A stretch of 64,000 bases of DNA from Octopus sinensis (lineage: Eukaryota), in NCBI RefSeq assembly GCF_006345805.1, contig NC_043005.1:28272001-28336000 (forward strand), written 5' to 3'. Within the stretch, counting starts at the first letter, position 1, and each line of letters starts with the position of its first letter. Shown piece by piece: positions 1 to 12,599 of this stretch. The translations under genes were made by a program, and so were the position numbers. The notes beneath the pieces were generated by a model that made no database searches, was not told the origin of the DNA, and worked only from the letters and a program-made list of their open reading frames with translations.

Positions 1-221
1 AGGTCATTGCCAGTACCGCCTGACTGGCCCCCATGCCAGTGGCACGTAAAAAAACACCCACTACACTCTCGGAGTGGTTGGAGTTAGGAAGGGCATCCAG
101 CTGCAGAAACTCTGCCAGATCAAGATTGGGGCCTGGTGCAGCCATCTGGTTCGCTAGCCCTCAGTCAAAATCGTCCAACCCATGCTAGCATGGAAAGCAG
201 ACGTTAAACAATGATGATGAT
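1..221 (+). mobile_element. SINE family S4, 3' part (RTE-type tail ending in (GAT)n)
   Basis: Body GTGGTTGGAGTTAGGAAGGGCATCCAGC and tail CCAACCCATGCTAGCATGGAAAGCAGACGTTAAAC(GAT)n recur at about 11925, 15537, 57180, 58300 and (minus) 61198. Confidence 0.8.
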
Positions 222-771
222 GTATTCTTCATCTTTAGAAGTCTTTTATTTGCTCCTGTTAGGGATAATATTGTAAAATTTAAGCCGGTGCTCCTGCAAG
301 TGTTTTTCTCTCCTTGATCATTTAAAAATTTAGTTTCTAACATTGTAGATCATGTTTTCTAGTATCATGGGTTTTGTCCAGACCCTTTCTCATCACTGCC
401 AGAACATTGCTCCTTTATCTCTATTCTATAAATACTTCCATGGTTGTTGTTCTGCCAAACTTCTTCTCTTAATAACCTCTTAAGATTATTAACTAAATAA
501 CTCATCTTTATCATCCTTTCATTCTTGTTGTCCCCTCTCATAAGAAGTGTTTCTATTCAAGTAGTTTCTTCAAATATCTATCCAATGGAATTTTCTTCTT
601 TCTCGTTGTTTTCCTACAAAACAAATATGATCTTAATTATTTTAAATCTTACATTGATCATTTAATGGATTTTAAGGCAGCTTCTCCGTACATACCAAAT
701 GGTTGTTTGTGGCCTGTTTTATTACTGGTTGCTCGCTGCCTCATTGAAAGTAACTTTGGTGTGTGTGTGTG

Positions 772-835
<64 letters not shown>

Positions 836-937
836 GTGGACACACACTCACATACATCTACACTCACATACCATAATCTTACTGTTTGTTCTTCCTTGTG
901 TTATTTTATGTTGATTATCGTAGATAAGACTATGTAG

Positions 938-968
<31 letters not shown>

Positions 969-1685
969 ATATGTTTATTTTAATATTACCCCCTGGTTCC
1001 CAACTTGGAGAAGGCCCAGTGTGGTGTCTGACTACTTCAGACATACTGATAGTTAGAAACTCCTCTGAAAATTCTAACAAAAACAGAAGAAAATAGATCT
1101 TGTTTCAGAAATGTAATATTTCTACAAACTGCTGAGAAAGTAAAAGAAGACATATTTGTGTATAATTATAAAGACAAAGTACCTTTAGTTTTTAGGGGAC
1201 TAGGGAGGGGATGCTGTTTAGTTTTGGTGTAGGGGCAGGGCGGGGCAAGTAGTGTGTTGATGGGTTCTTCTCTATCCTTATTTTATTGACATTTACTCTC
1301 AGACTTGTGTATGCATATACACACATGCATGTATGCGTGTGTGCACTGTGTGTTCTGTAAGTATGTTAGGGTTTTAGACATAACATGTGTACACAGTACC
1401 AAAGATATAGGAAACCCACTGTATGTGTGTGTTTATATGTATGTATACATGTGTGTGCGTGTATTTGTGTATACTCACAAAACAGAGGTGTATGTGCATA
1501 TTTGTACATATTGTATAAGTATGTATATGTATACATATGTTGTATGTGTATGTATTGTATGAGTGTATGTTTGTGTGTGTATATATATATATATATATGG
1601 TTACAAGTGTGTTTATGTATGCAGAATTGTGGATTGAGCAAGGAAGGTGGATAATGAACTTTTGAAACCAGTAATTTATTTAAAT

Positions 1686-1915
1686 TCATCATCATCACCA
1701 TCATCAACATCACTATTATCATTATCACCACTTCTCCATGTTTGTGTGGGTTGAATAGGTCTTTTTCAATACAGCATCTCGCCATTTGTGACAGTCTTTA
1801 TCATCTCTTTTGTACAGTTAACTTTCTTTAAAGGCAGCTTTCACAACTACATCCCACATCTCCTTTGGCCTTCCTCTTCAGAGGTAATATTTCTTGATGG
1901 CCAGTCAAGTTTTCA
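1686..1915 (-). mobile_element. RTE (BovB-like) LINE 3' end remnant
   Basis: Minus strand reads RGRPKEMWDVVVKAAFKES*LYKRDDKDCHKWRDAVLKKT, the RGRP..W..VV..D...WR C-terminal pattern of RTE ORF2, followed by an S4-like tail and (GAT)n. Confidence 0.65.
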
Positions 1916-2068
1916 TAAAAGATCCAGGATATAGAATAAACTATCATACTGGACATTAACTCTTTTGTTGCCATATTTCTGTTGGAATACAGCACCTTCG
2001 ATTAATTATGAAAATAGTTACTTTCTCAGAATAACTTTATCATCATTAATCTAGTATTTGGAACATAA

Positions 2069-2283
2069 TTTACATTTGACGGATATTTGTCCCCATCTTT
2101 GTTGTTAGCACATTTCAGCTGATATATCGCCCAGCCTTCTTCAGGTGTCTTGGGGAAACCTTAGGAATGAGAACCCAGGTTCGAAATTTCCCCCAAGACA
2201 CCTGAAGAAGTCTGGAGGGTATATCAGCCAAAACATTGTGTTAACAACAAACAAGAAGAGGACAAATATCCGTCAAATGTAAA
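2069..2283. mobile_element. Hammerhead/tRNA element copy A: two truncated 3' halves in inverted orientation
   Basis: Begins TTTACATTTGACGGATATTTGTCC and ends GGACAAATATCCGTCAAATGTAAA (inverted). Both arms contain CTGAAGA-A-helix-(G/A)AAA. No tRNA head. Confidence 0.85.
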
Positions 2284-2951
2284 GAATGTAAATTTAAATC
2301 ATTTGAAAACAGGAAGTTTATATTGTAGAACCAGGGTTGGTCTCAGGTAGGCTGGTATAAAAATGTTTATATTGTATGTGTATCTTTTTTCTTTATTTCA
2401 AACATTATAAAAATTAACAGGTCTGATTCATAGATTATATTACTTGAATATTTTATTACTACAAATTTATTTGTTATAATGTTACTATTATAGAACAAAC
2501 TACGCCATGATATTTGAAACCTTACGCTAGTATTTTGAAGATTTGATTTTTGCAACGAGAAACTTTAATTATCTACAGCAGTTCCAATGTATGCTATCTT
2601 ATACATTGTCTTTTAAGAGAGATGGGAAAGAAAGTGTATGAGAGGGAATTAAAAAGAGATTGCAAGAGAAGGCGAAAACTGAAAAAAGATGGAGGAAGTA
2701 GAACAGTTAATGTTAATGTCTTTCACACTAACACTCCACTACAACTATCATTCTTTCATCATCTCTTTTCTTGAATCCTCATTCTTTTATTCCAGTGGAG
2801 CATCTCAGACTCAAAATTTTTTCTTTATGCATTATTCTGGGGGTAAATTTTGGATTTGTGCATAAATTTTGGAAAAGATTCATTGGGAAATGGTAGCATT
2901 TTTTCAAGACAGATGAACATTGTCACACAAACACACACATGCATTCACGTG

Positions 2952-2983
<32 letters not shown>

Positions 2984-3107
2984 TATGCTCACACTCACAC
3001 ATGTAAGCATAAATATATATTTGTATATATGTGCACATATATATGTATAGATGCATATATACATGTATAGATGCACATATATATATGCTTGTATATGTGC
3101 ATATGTA

Positions 3108-3161
<54 letters not shown>

Positions 3162-3181
3162 TATATGTGTATGTGTGTATA

Positions 3182-3220
<39 letters not shown>

Positions 3221-3667
3221 CTAACATTATATATACATATATAAAAGAGACATGGCATTACCAAATGTATAAAGAACAATTTTTCAAAGTAAATTTATTT
3301 TTCAAAGGTGTCCTGCAAGATATGGCTGGTATTCTCTTTGTTATGGATTTTGGTAAGTTTTGGATGTCTTCAGGCTGCTGCAGGTTTCTCGCAGATTTTT
3401 TAGTTCAAAACACCAAATATTAAAAAAAAAGTCAAAAATGCATGAATTTGGTTACTTTTTTTTTTGAATTGTTATTTTTTCATTTTGTTTATTTTTGTTC
3501 CTTCTTTTATGCATGGCACCAGTTTGAATTTCAAAACCTTCATTAGTGACCTATAAAACTGAACTAATGAACAAATTTCATTTTAATTAGATTTCATTTT
3601 ATTATTATTATCATTATTATTTTTATTATTATTATTATCATTATTATTATTATCATTATTTTTATTA

Positions 3668-3699
<32 letters not shown>

Positions 3700-4429
3700 T
3701 ATCTTTTTATACTTATTTATGATTTTTTTTGTTTTATTTATTTTTTATTTCAATTTTTTTTTTCAAATGAGATTATACAACTTTCCCTCGCAGGTCTTCT
3801 TCGATCCTGTCTTAGAATCATTCCAAGTGATGTCATCTTATTGATTCTATCAAGTAATTAGTGCAATAAATTATATCCATGAAATAATGAAGATGATAAA
3901 AAATATAATCAATAACAGAATTCAAATTGACCCCAAGAGGGCGCTAATAGGCATTAAAACCATTAGCCACCACCACTCCTACTCTTTTGATCTGGTCATG
4001 TTTTGCTCCCTAGTATTGTTTATTGTCTACAGAAAAAAGGTTTGGGGTAAGATGGTAAATTCCTGGTTCTTGTTCCATTCCATTCCATTCCATTTGCAAA
4101 AGACATTCCTAAGTCCTACATATTTCACATTCAATTCCTCACTTAACTCATTCTTCATCTCATCATTTTATTCATTATTCCTTGTCTCCTGTCTCTCTCT
4201 CTTCCTTTCTGTGTGTGTGTGTGTGTATTTATGGTGTCTGTACGTATTTATGCATGATGACAGAGTAAGAATATAATTTTGTTGTGTTAAACATTACAAT
4301 GTTATTTGTGATTTCTGTCATAGCATCCATGTTGACACCCAGGGGATTGTAAAATGATGGTCTGTTACAACCATCAGCTCTAAAAAAATATCTCCCTTAA
4401 TACTTCACTCATTCTGTTTCTATGATAAT

Positions 4430-4830
4430 GTTGTTGTTGTTTAACCCCATGCTGGCCCTGTTCAAGCAGACCTATGATCAAAAGCCTGATTGTCCTACCC
4501 TTTTAGTAGGCACAGTTTCCAAAACTTAATTAGCCAATATATCCCTTTAAGATATTTGGGTGTGATTTCAAGGTTTAGCTGCTATTTCTAGCATGTCAAG
4601 CGATCATGTTGAAGCTTTCTTTCTTGTTTGTGTTGTATGATTTAACCCCAGATCAATCTTGATATAGGAAAGACATTCTGACCATGACTGTCCTGCCTTT
4701 GTAGGGTACATAGGACAACATTATTCAATGTATCTGTTCCTTTCCCCAGAAGGAAGTGTATGATTTGAAAGAGATTTAGCTGCTGTTTCTAGTATGATCA
4801 CTTAGAGGCTATCTAGGTTTGTGATGATGT
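4430..4830 (-). mobile_element. SINE-like family S6, two tandem degraded copies
   Basis: Two copies of TTTAACCCC...TTTAGCTGCT(A/G)TTTCTAG; similar to the plus-strand copy at 42700-42900 that ends in (AAC)n. Confidence 0.55.
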
Positions 4831-5094
4831 TGATGTTTTCATCTGCCTCTCTCTCTGTCTCCTCCTCATTATGCTGGCACATTGTTTGCAACGAGTGTGT
4901 AGGTCTGAGATTGGTTGTCCTTAATGCAGCCACCACACACAAAGACCCAGTCATTATGATGATTTAGAAAAAGAATAAAACATTAACCCCAAATATTGAA
5001 CTGGGGTTGTTATTTTAGAGTAACAACAGAACATTTACTGATGGGAGAGGGGCAGACTCAACACTGAGATTTGAGATATATTTATTGCAAAGTT

Positions 5095-5547
5095 CATTAT
5101 TTACATTTGACGGATATTTGTCCTCATTTTGTTTGTTGTTAACACAATGTTTCAGCTGATATACCTTCCAGCCTTCATCAGGTGTCTTGGGGAAATTTCG
5201 AATCTGGGTTCTCATTCCTAAGGTATTTTTCGATGTTATTATTACTATTCAGGTCACTGCCTGGAATCGAACTCGGAATCTTGGGGTTAGTAGCCAGCAG
5301 TCTTAACCACTATGCCATATGCCATGGGCATGTGACATAGTGGTAATGATAATAATGATAATAATAATAATAACATCAAAAAATACCTTAGGAACGAGAA
5401 CCCAGGTTTGAAATTTCCCCAAGATATCTGATGAAGGCTGGAGAGTATATCAACCGAAGCGTTGTGTAAACAACAAACAAGACGAGGACAAATATCTGTC
5501 AAATGTAAATAACGGACATAATTCCTCATCTCTTAAATATAGAACTG
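5095..5547. mobile_element. Hammerhead/tRNA element copy B: full minus copy head-to-head with an internally deleted plus copy
   Basis: Minus copy 5095-5323 includes the tRNA-like head (5252-5323). The plus copy 5325-5547 has a truncated head. The junction GCCATATGCCATGGGCATGTGAC is near-palindromic. Confidence 0.85.
5141..5186 (-). ncRNA. Minimal type I hammerhead ribozyme motif (degenerate copy)
   Basis: Minus strand: GACAC CUGAUGA A GGCUG[GAAGGUAUAU]CAGCU GAAAC AUU GUGUU. Helix I is GACAC/GUGUU and helix II is GGCUG/CAGCU; one CpG-type change in helix III. Confidence 0.65.
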
Positions 5548-8500
5548 CAAAGGACTTCCAGTTTTACCTTAATAGCTGACTGAATTATCTCATTGAATGG
5601 ACAATTAATTGGAAACTCTAAGTCCCAATCAGCACTTAATATATATTAAACTTATCCACCACTGAACTGCCTAGACTTTCTTGTAGTTTCTTTGTAATTA
5701 AATTAATTGATTTAATTAGACATATTTTAACATGGTTTAATCAGAGATCTTTATTGTCAATGTTTCTGTGAGTTGTGGGACAAGCAACAAAATATTTCCA
5801 GACAGGAGGCATTGTCTGAATATTTGCAGTAGAATATGCGCTACTAAAAGTACTCAGAGGTGCCAGTTGATGGTGTTGGCTCCACATAAGTCCCTGCACA
5901 GCCTTTCCTCTCCCCAAACATCAACCTTCTGGAATCTTCTCCTTGTTCATGCCTTTCCTGCAGGTGTTGAACTTCAGCATTTAAACAAAACATTAATATC
6001 ATCAATGTTTTAGTCTTGAAGAGCCTGTAAGGATCATAGGAACTGCACCTTCTTCCAAGCTCAGCAAAATAAATAAAATAGTAAGAAAAAAAAAAGATCC
6101 CTGTTAGTTTGATCAACTGAACCATCCCCTCTGAACTATAAAGCAAATGGCTGAGGTCCCATAGGCACATGTAAATTCTCAGGCAGACTCAGTGTGTCAC
6201 AATATGTGACAAGGTTGTACCTTTGAATTACAAGTACAATCAGTTTGATGGGCTTTCTATTCAGGTTTCAAATCCCACCAACATCAACTTTGTCTTTCAT
6301 CCTTCCAGGCTTGATAAGATAAATACCAATCAGTTACTGGTATTTAATTAGTCAACTATTTTCACCTACCAAGCATTCAGTCATGTATCTATAATAGAAA
6401 TCCTTATTTTGGTTTCATACAACCATTTTGGTTTGATATAACTAGCCATTTCTATGCTACAGATTTCTTATCTTATGTTCTAACCTGAAATTGGTATTTT
6501 AATCAATTTTATCAGATCTTTCTATAAACATTTAGTGTTTTATCTGTTTCTCATTCTGTTTCTTGCTTTGTATTTTTCCAGTTGACATTTCTCAATAGAA
6601 TTCAGTCTTTTGGTGTATTCAAAGAATTTCACCGATTTTCTCGTATTGTCTTTAACAATTTAATCTCTGTAGAGAAATGCAAGATTGTTACTTTGCTATG
6701 GTCCCAAACAGGTTGTAATACAAGTTTGTACATCAGATTTACACATAGAATTATTGTGTGGTTTTTGTTAACCATGTAAGGGGCCTTGTATGTAGCTAAT
6801 AACTTTATTTCAGCAAACACTTGTCATTCTAGAGGTTATACATGTTGTTGTTGTCGAGCATATGAAAACAGCTTGAAGGGTAGATAGTGTTGAGTGTGTA
6901 TTGGACTACTATCATAGTTTTCTGCATCAGTTGGAATCTAGCAGTGACCAATTTAGTCTTCCATTCCCTTGTGATGTGATTTATGTATGACCCAGCAGTA
7001 AACTAAGATTGTGTTAATTGGTTCTAATCCATTCTTTAAAAAAAATTAATTAATAAATTAAAAAAATCACAGAGTTTATCTTTAAATACACCATTATTAT
7101 TAATATTGTTATTGTTATTGTGTTTGCATGAGATTCCCAGAAATTAGACAAAGAAATTTCCATCATGTGTTAGTTTTGTAAATAGTGACTTGAAGTTATC
7201 CTTGGCTCAACTATGACCATGCAAGATTTGAACCTGTTTTACCTGAAATGAATTTCACCTTCCTTTCTTCCCCATACACCTCCCTAAAACTGTTTGACAG
7301 GCATGAAAGCCAACAAGTCATAGAACCTCTCCATTGAGTTAGGCATGTACACTGCCCACTTGTGATCATGAGTGCTGCTAAATATGGCCGTTCTTTAATG
7401 CATGGCTTCAAACATTTCTAAACATACATGCTCACAGACATATATATATATATATACACACATATATATACATACATTTGTTTGTATGTACATTTGTTTT
7501 TGTTGATGATGATGATGGTAAGGTAATAGTAATGGTTATGGTGATGCTGATGGTGGTGATGGTGGTTGATGGTGGTACCAGCCTGTTAAGTTGATGCCAA
7601 CTCATTAGTCATTGCCAACAAGTGTATATGTATGCCTGTGGGTATTGTGTTTACATGACTGTATGCATGTAGATGTATGTGTGTGTATATGATATTCTGA
7701 GGAAATTAAACATCATTAGCTTTACCACTGTCTTTATATGCATCACCATGGTAACGTGTGTTGTGTGAGGTAAGTTTTTGATATTGCCAGTTATCTACAC
7801 CAAGTGGATATGTGAAGATCTTTTAGGATCTGCTATTATGGTGTTTTGTATTTGTTTTTATTTTTTTATGAGGCTACCCTAAATCTTCCATCTGCTCGGC
7901 TGTATGAGTCTGGTAAGGTTTGTCTCAAGATGTCACTACCATTTGTCTTTAGTGTGTGTGTGTGAGTCTTGTGTATTTATTTAACTGGAGATCTGTTGCT
8001 GTAACAATAGCCATTGACAGAATGATATGTCATATTCCAGCAGATCTCACTTAGATAGCTGCTGCTTTGTGAAGGACAATATTATATGAGGTCCATAAAC
8101 CTACATAGCCAAGACCTGCACTTTAGATATAGGTGTTTCTAAATTCAATCTCCAGAACCTAGGACCAGTTGCTACAGTTGGCATCCATGTATCTGACAAT
8201 GCAATTGTAAATTCCAAAAGTGGAGTACATCTGACATTTATTCTGTCGTAGCTGTACAAAACCATAGATCAAACTTAAGGATTTCTGTCAGATACAAATC
8301 TCCAATGAGGGCCTTATTATCCACATGTTTGGGGAAGATGTTTAGTAAGAATATTGCTGAGTTGTTTGATAAATGATAGTTGTTCATAAGTGTTTGACAA
8401 TAGTATTATTCATAAATGTTTGACAACAAAGTTGCCAACAACAGTGAGGCTAGAGAATCTCTGACTGACAAAGTACCAATTAGATGGATGTAATATCTTA

Positions 8501-8727
8501 ACTTAAAAGGAAGAAAATACATATAAGATAAACGGACAAGAACACACTTACTTAGATATAAGTGCGAGTATAGAAATACCTTAAGATAAACATATAAATA
8601 CACTTAGATACATATAGGAACTTATACAGACATGCATATATTAGATACGAGCACATATACCTATGTGAGCATATACATCTACTTACACAGATCTATGCTG
8701 GTTGAGATGTACAAACAAATGTGTACA

Positions 8728-8995
8728 CATTATTTACATTTGACGGATATTTGTCCTCATCTTGTTTGTTGTTAACAGGCATATGGCGTAGTGGTTAACA
8801 GTGCAGGCTACTAACCCCAAGATTTCAAGTTCGATTCCAGGCAGTGACCTGAATAATAGTAATAACATCGAAAAATACCTTAGGAATGAGAACCCAAGTT
8901 CGAAATTTCCATAAGATATCTGATGAAGGCTGGACGGCATATCAGTTGAAATGTGTTAACAACAAACAAGCTGAGGACAAATATCCATCAAATGT
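8728..8995 (+). mobile_element. Hammerhead/tRNA element copy C
   Basis: About 50 bp inverted tail (8728-8777), then a tRNA-like head 8778-8849 with A box TGGCGTAGTGG and B box GTTCGATTCC, then a decayed CTGATGA...GAAA core and the tail. Confidence 0.85.
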
Positions 8996-9335
8996 GTACA
9001 CATACGTGTGTGTATAATCTATATACATAAAGCAACATGTGTACAATATGTACACACAAGTATGTAAATAAACATATCTGAGTATGTATAAATGAATGCC
9101 TTTATATATACAAATAAATATCTACATTTTACCTGTTCCAATCCTTACATTTCTTGGATTTTTAATTGCATTTTTAGCAGCTTAAATTGTGAAACCATGA
9201 ATTGTATGGTGAGTGCCAGCTTACTGAAATTTCCCTTGAATTCAATATGGGATGGACCTACCTATCTATCTATCCATCTATATATATATATATAGCTTGC
9301 AATTAATTGATTTACAACTAGCTATATTAAGACTG

Positions 9336-9636
9336 GAGGCACATGGCCTAGTGATTAGAGCAGCGACTCGCGGTTGAGGGATTGCAGGTTCGAATCTCAG
9401 ACTGGGCAATGTGTGTGTTTATGAGTGAAACATATAAGCTCCACGTGGCTCCAGCAGAAGGTAATGGCAAACTTCTGCTGACTCTTTCGCCACAACTTTC
9501 TCTCACTCTTTCCTCCTGCATCTTGCAGCTCACCTGTGACGGACTGGCGTCCCATCCAGGTGGGGAACCTATATGCCAAGGAAACTGAGAAACTGGCCCT
9601 ATGAACCAGGCATGGCTCGAGAAGAAACAAACAATG
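9336..9636 (+). mobile_element. tRNA-derived SINE family S3 with 11-bp TSD
   Basis: A box TGGCCTAGTGA, B box GGTTCGAATCTC. Direct repeat TATTAAGACTG at 9325-9335 and 9637-9647. Second copy at 39600. Confidence 0.9.
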
Positions 9637-9649
9637 TATTAAGACTGAG

Positions 9650-10072
9650 ATTGGACAATGTCTGTAACAAAAGGAAAAGCATATTTAAAAATATATAATA
9701 ATAATGAAATTATTGTATACAGTGCTCAGGTGCACCACAACTTGTCAGAAAGTGCATACAAAGCACATGCAGCAATGTAGAAATGTCTGGAAAGCGAACA
9801 ATGTACGAGTCAGATACATGCTTGTGTGTGTATGGAGGGGAGAAAATCAAGTGTAGTGTTGGCGAATCTCAGGAAACATGGAAGTTTTGAAGGATGCAGT
9901 GCTCCGACAACTAACAACTGATGCTGGCAGTTTGTTCCATGCTTCAGCAACTCTCAGCGTGAAAAAATGTTTCCTGAAGTCATGGGAGCTGTGCTGTTTT
10001 CTTACTTTGTAAATATGTCCAGGGGCGTTAGATGGGTGGAGTTTGAAAAGGTGCTCAGAGTTATTGTTTGTA
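9650..10072 (-). mobile_element. CR1-type LINE 3' end
   Basis: 9847-10071 translates to ...PGHIYKVRKQHSSHDFRKHFFTLRVAEAWNKLPASVVSCRSTASFKTSMF...*, the GH..K...RK.FF..RV...WN.LP..VV....FK C-terminal motif of CR1 ORF2. Confidence 0.85.
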
Positions 10073-11164
10073 CCTATGTGCCTTTGTATATTTTTATTTG
10101 TGCTAGTATTTCAGGCACATAATAGTGTAAACTAAATATAGGGCATGTTAAGTGTGTTCAGTATTAAACTATTCAAAAAAATGTTATAGATTAAGAAGAA
10201 ACAATTAGGAAGTTACCATTTGAGTGTAAATAATGGAAATTTATGAGAAAAGTCTCTTGGAGATTATTTGGTAAAAACTAATTCTTAATTGTTGTCTTAA
10301 ATCTTGGTCTTGTTTAAAAGTCTTTAGAATCTTAGTAACAATTAATTAACAGATCTTTTTTTTTAATTTTATTTGAGAAATTTTCATCTGCTAGTAATGT
10401 TTTAAGGGTCTCACAAATGTATAACCAACATTTGCATCCTTCCCTTCCATAAGAATTTCACTGCTTTAATAATGCTCCATTTAAGATTAAAAATTGACAG
10501 CTTTAAATTTGAAAGCCCTTAAGTACTTGGCTAGTGATGTCAAGTGTATTAATTCAGAGACAAAAACTGTTTATGCACAGAAAACCTAGTTTTGAAATAA
10601 TTTGAAGTAGAAGCTGCATAATGTTTGCTTCTGTTATATGTGTGTGTGTGTGTGTGTACCTATATGTGTGTGTGTGTATGTGTGTAATAGATGAGTGTTT
10701 GGGAATCTATATTTGAGTTATTGATCCTTCTCAGGTCAAACATGACTTTTCCCTTCACCTCCATTTTTAGCATCGTTACATTCCCTCTTTATCACTATGA
10801 CAATCATCATCATCATCATCATTGTCATAACTGAATATTTACAATTAGAAAAGTTATATTTTCATTTTCATTCTTTTTTCATTTTCTCTTTTTATTTTAT
10901 TTTATTGTGTATTGTTTGTTTATTTTATTTTATTTTTTATAATTAATCTCCACATGACTTTGGTTGACTATTAAATTCCAGCCCTGAGTGATCTATGTAG
11001 GTTTGATCCCAAACTTACTGTTCTTCAGTAATGAATTCTAATCTTTCGCTGTTGAATTATTTAATCATGACCTTTTCTTGTTTAACTATCAAAATACCAA
11101 CTATTCTTTGGACCTGACCTTTCTTTCAACTTTAAGGCCTACATCGTTATTAGGTCATGTCATG

Positions 11165-11425
11165 AGCTCAGGAACTCGTAAGGCTGGAACCTGATTTTCT
11201 ATGGCAAGTAAGTGACTGAGAGCACAATACACCCTCCTGGACGGGACACCAGTCCATCACAGGTTTCACTTCCCATTTGTTGCTGGAACTCATGTAGTGT
11301 TGTGTGAACTGGAGTAATGTGAAAGGAAATATTTTACTCAAGAACACAAAGCATCACCTGGTTAGGGAAATGAAACCACAATCTTACACTCTGAGTGCAA
11401 CACTCTAATCACTACGCCATGCACA
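11165..11425 (-). mobile_element. tRNA-derived SINE family S5
   Basis: Minus-strand head GCATGGCGTAGTGATTAGAGTGTTGCACTC (A box). Shares the CCTGTGATGGACTGGTGTCCCGTCCAGG block with S3. A fragment also lies at 53955-54082. Confidence 0.7.
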
Positions 11426-12185
11426 TTCACTACATGGCTGTTAGATGTATTATCATTATTGATAAAGTTAAAAGCTTGTCTTTATAAATATTATTCCATT
11501 CAAAGGAAGATGCCTATTAAATATTATAACTAAAAGTAAACAGCAACAAAATTTAGAAGCTGTTTTATTGATTCCGTTGTACATTCATGTTTACCTGTAA
11601 TGAATTGATTAAAAGCATTTAATATCATGGCTGTTTCCTCTGCTCAATAACATTACAATAATATTACATGATTATTAGGTATTGATGTTTCAGATTGAAA
11701 TAATTCTTTCAGAAGTCAATATTCACACCTGGAATATGATAACCAGCAAAAACAAAATCATGTTTATAGACCTACTGCCTGCATAAGAGTTATTCTCTAA
11801 CTTTATCCAGTGGCAGCTCATTTACCAATTTGACATGTATAGAGACATGCATGTGACACATGGCAAGAGTGCATGTGAAATACAACATGCAACAAGTTAT
11901 TCTATGTGTGTGTATCTGAAGTGATTGGCCTGCTGTGAAGTAGTTGGCATAAAGAAAGGCATCCAAGCACAGAGACCATGCCAATTCAGGCACTGAAGCA
12001 CTATGCAGTCCTTGGGCCCATCAGATCCTTTCAAATTGTCCAATCCAGCAAGGAATGTAGACATTAAATGATAATGATATATGTTCGTATGTAACCAAAA
12101 TTAAATGCGTTATACAAAATACAGTAATTCTCTTTTCGGTAGTTTATGACAATGATATCATCATCATAATTTTAATATCTACATA

Positions 12186-12593
12186 GGCATAGGAGTGGCT
12201 GTGTGGTAAGTAGCTTGCTTACCAACCACATGTTTCCGGGTTCATTCCCACTGCATGCACCTTGGGCAAGTATCTGCTACTATAGTCTTGGGCCGACCAA
12301 AGCCTTGTGAGTGGATTTGGTAGACGGAAACTGAAAGAAGCCTGTCATATATATGTATATATATATATATATATGTGTGTGTATATTTGTGTGTCTGTGT
12401 TTGTCCCCCCAACATCGCTTGACAAGCTGGTGTGTTTACATCCCGGTAACTTAGCGGTTTGGCAAAAGAGACCGATAGAATAAGTACTAGGCTTACAAAG
12501 AATAAGTCCTGGGGTCGATTTGCTCGACTAAAGGCGGTGCTCCAGCATGGCCGCAGTCAAATGACTGAAACAAGTAAAACAGAGTAAAAAGAG
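12186..12593 (+). mobile_element. tRNA-derived SINE family S1, full length
   Basis: Head GGC(G/A)(C/T)AGGAGTGGCTGTGTGG...GGTTCA(G/T)TCCC, CORE-like CACCTTGGGCAAGT, internal (TA)n/(TG)n, and tail GCAGTCAAATGACTGAAACAAGTAAAA. Confidence 0.9.
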
Positions 12594-12599
12594 ATTATT

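Noticed and set aside
230-640. Possible RTE ORF2 remnant on the minus strand (RRKFHWI, HRLKFYNI)
   Set aside because: Only two short motif-like words among many stops; too weak to call without a profile search.
658-3423. Overlapping ORFs rich in YI/CV/HT repeats (also at 23339-23798, 29218-29569, 51371-51800 and 57986-58436)
   Set aside because: They are translations of (TA)n, (CA)n and (TG)n microsatellites and S1 bodies, not genes.
3887-4276. 129-aa ORF and a strong acceptor at 3793
   Set aside because: No recognisable domain, low-complexity 3' half, and no convincing donor or open exon frame.
5252-5323. tRNA-like sequences (also 8778-8849, 50613-50683 and the S1/S2/S3 heads)
   Set aside because: A and B boxes are present, but the acceptor and T stems do not pair. 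They are SINE heads, not tRNA genes.
12541-12580. S1 tail hairpin AGTC-AAAT-GACT followed by GAAAC-AA-GTA, resembling half a hammerhead
   Set aside because: No CUGANGA box upstream, so not called as a ribozyme.
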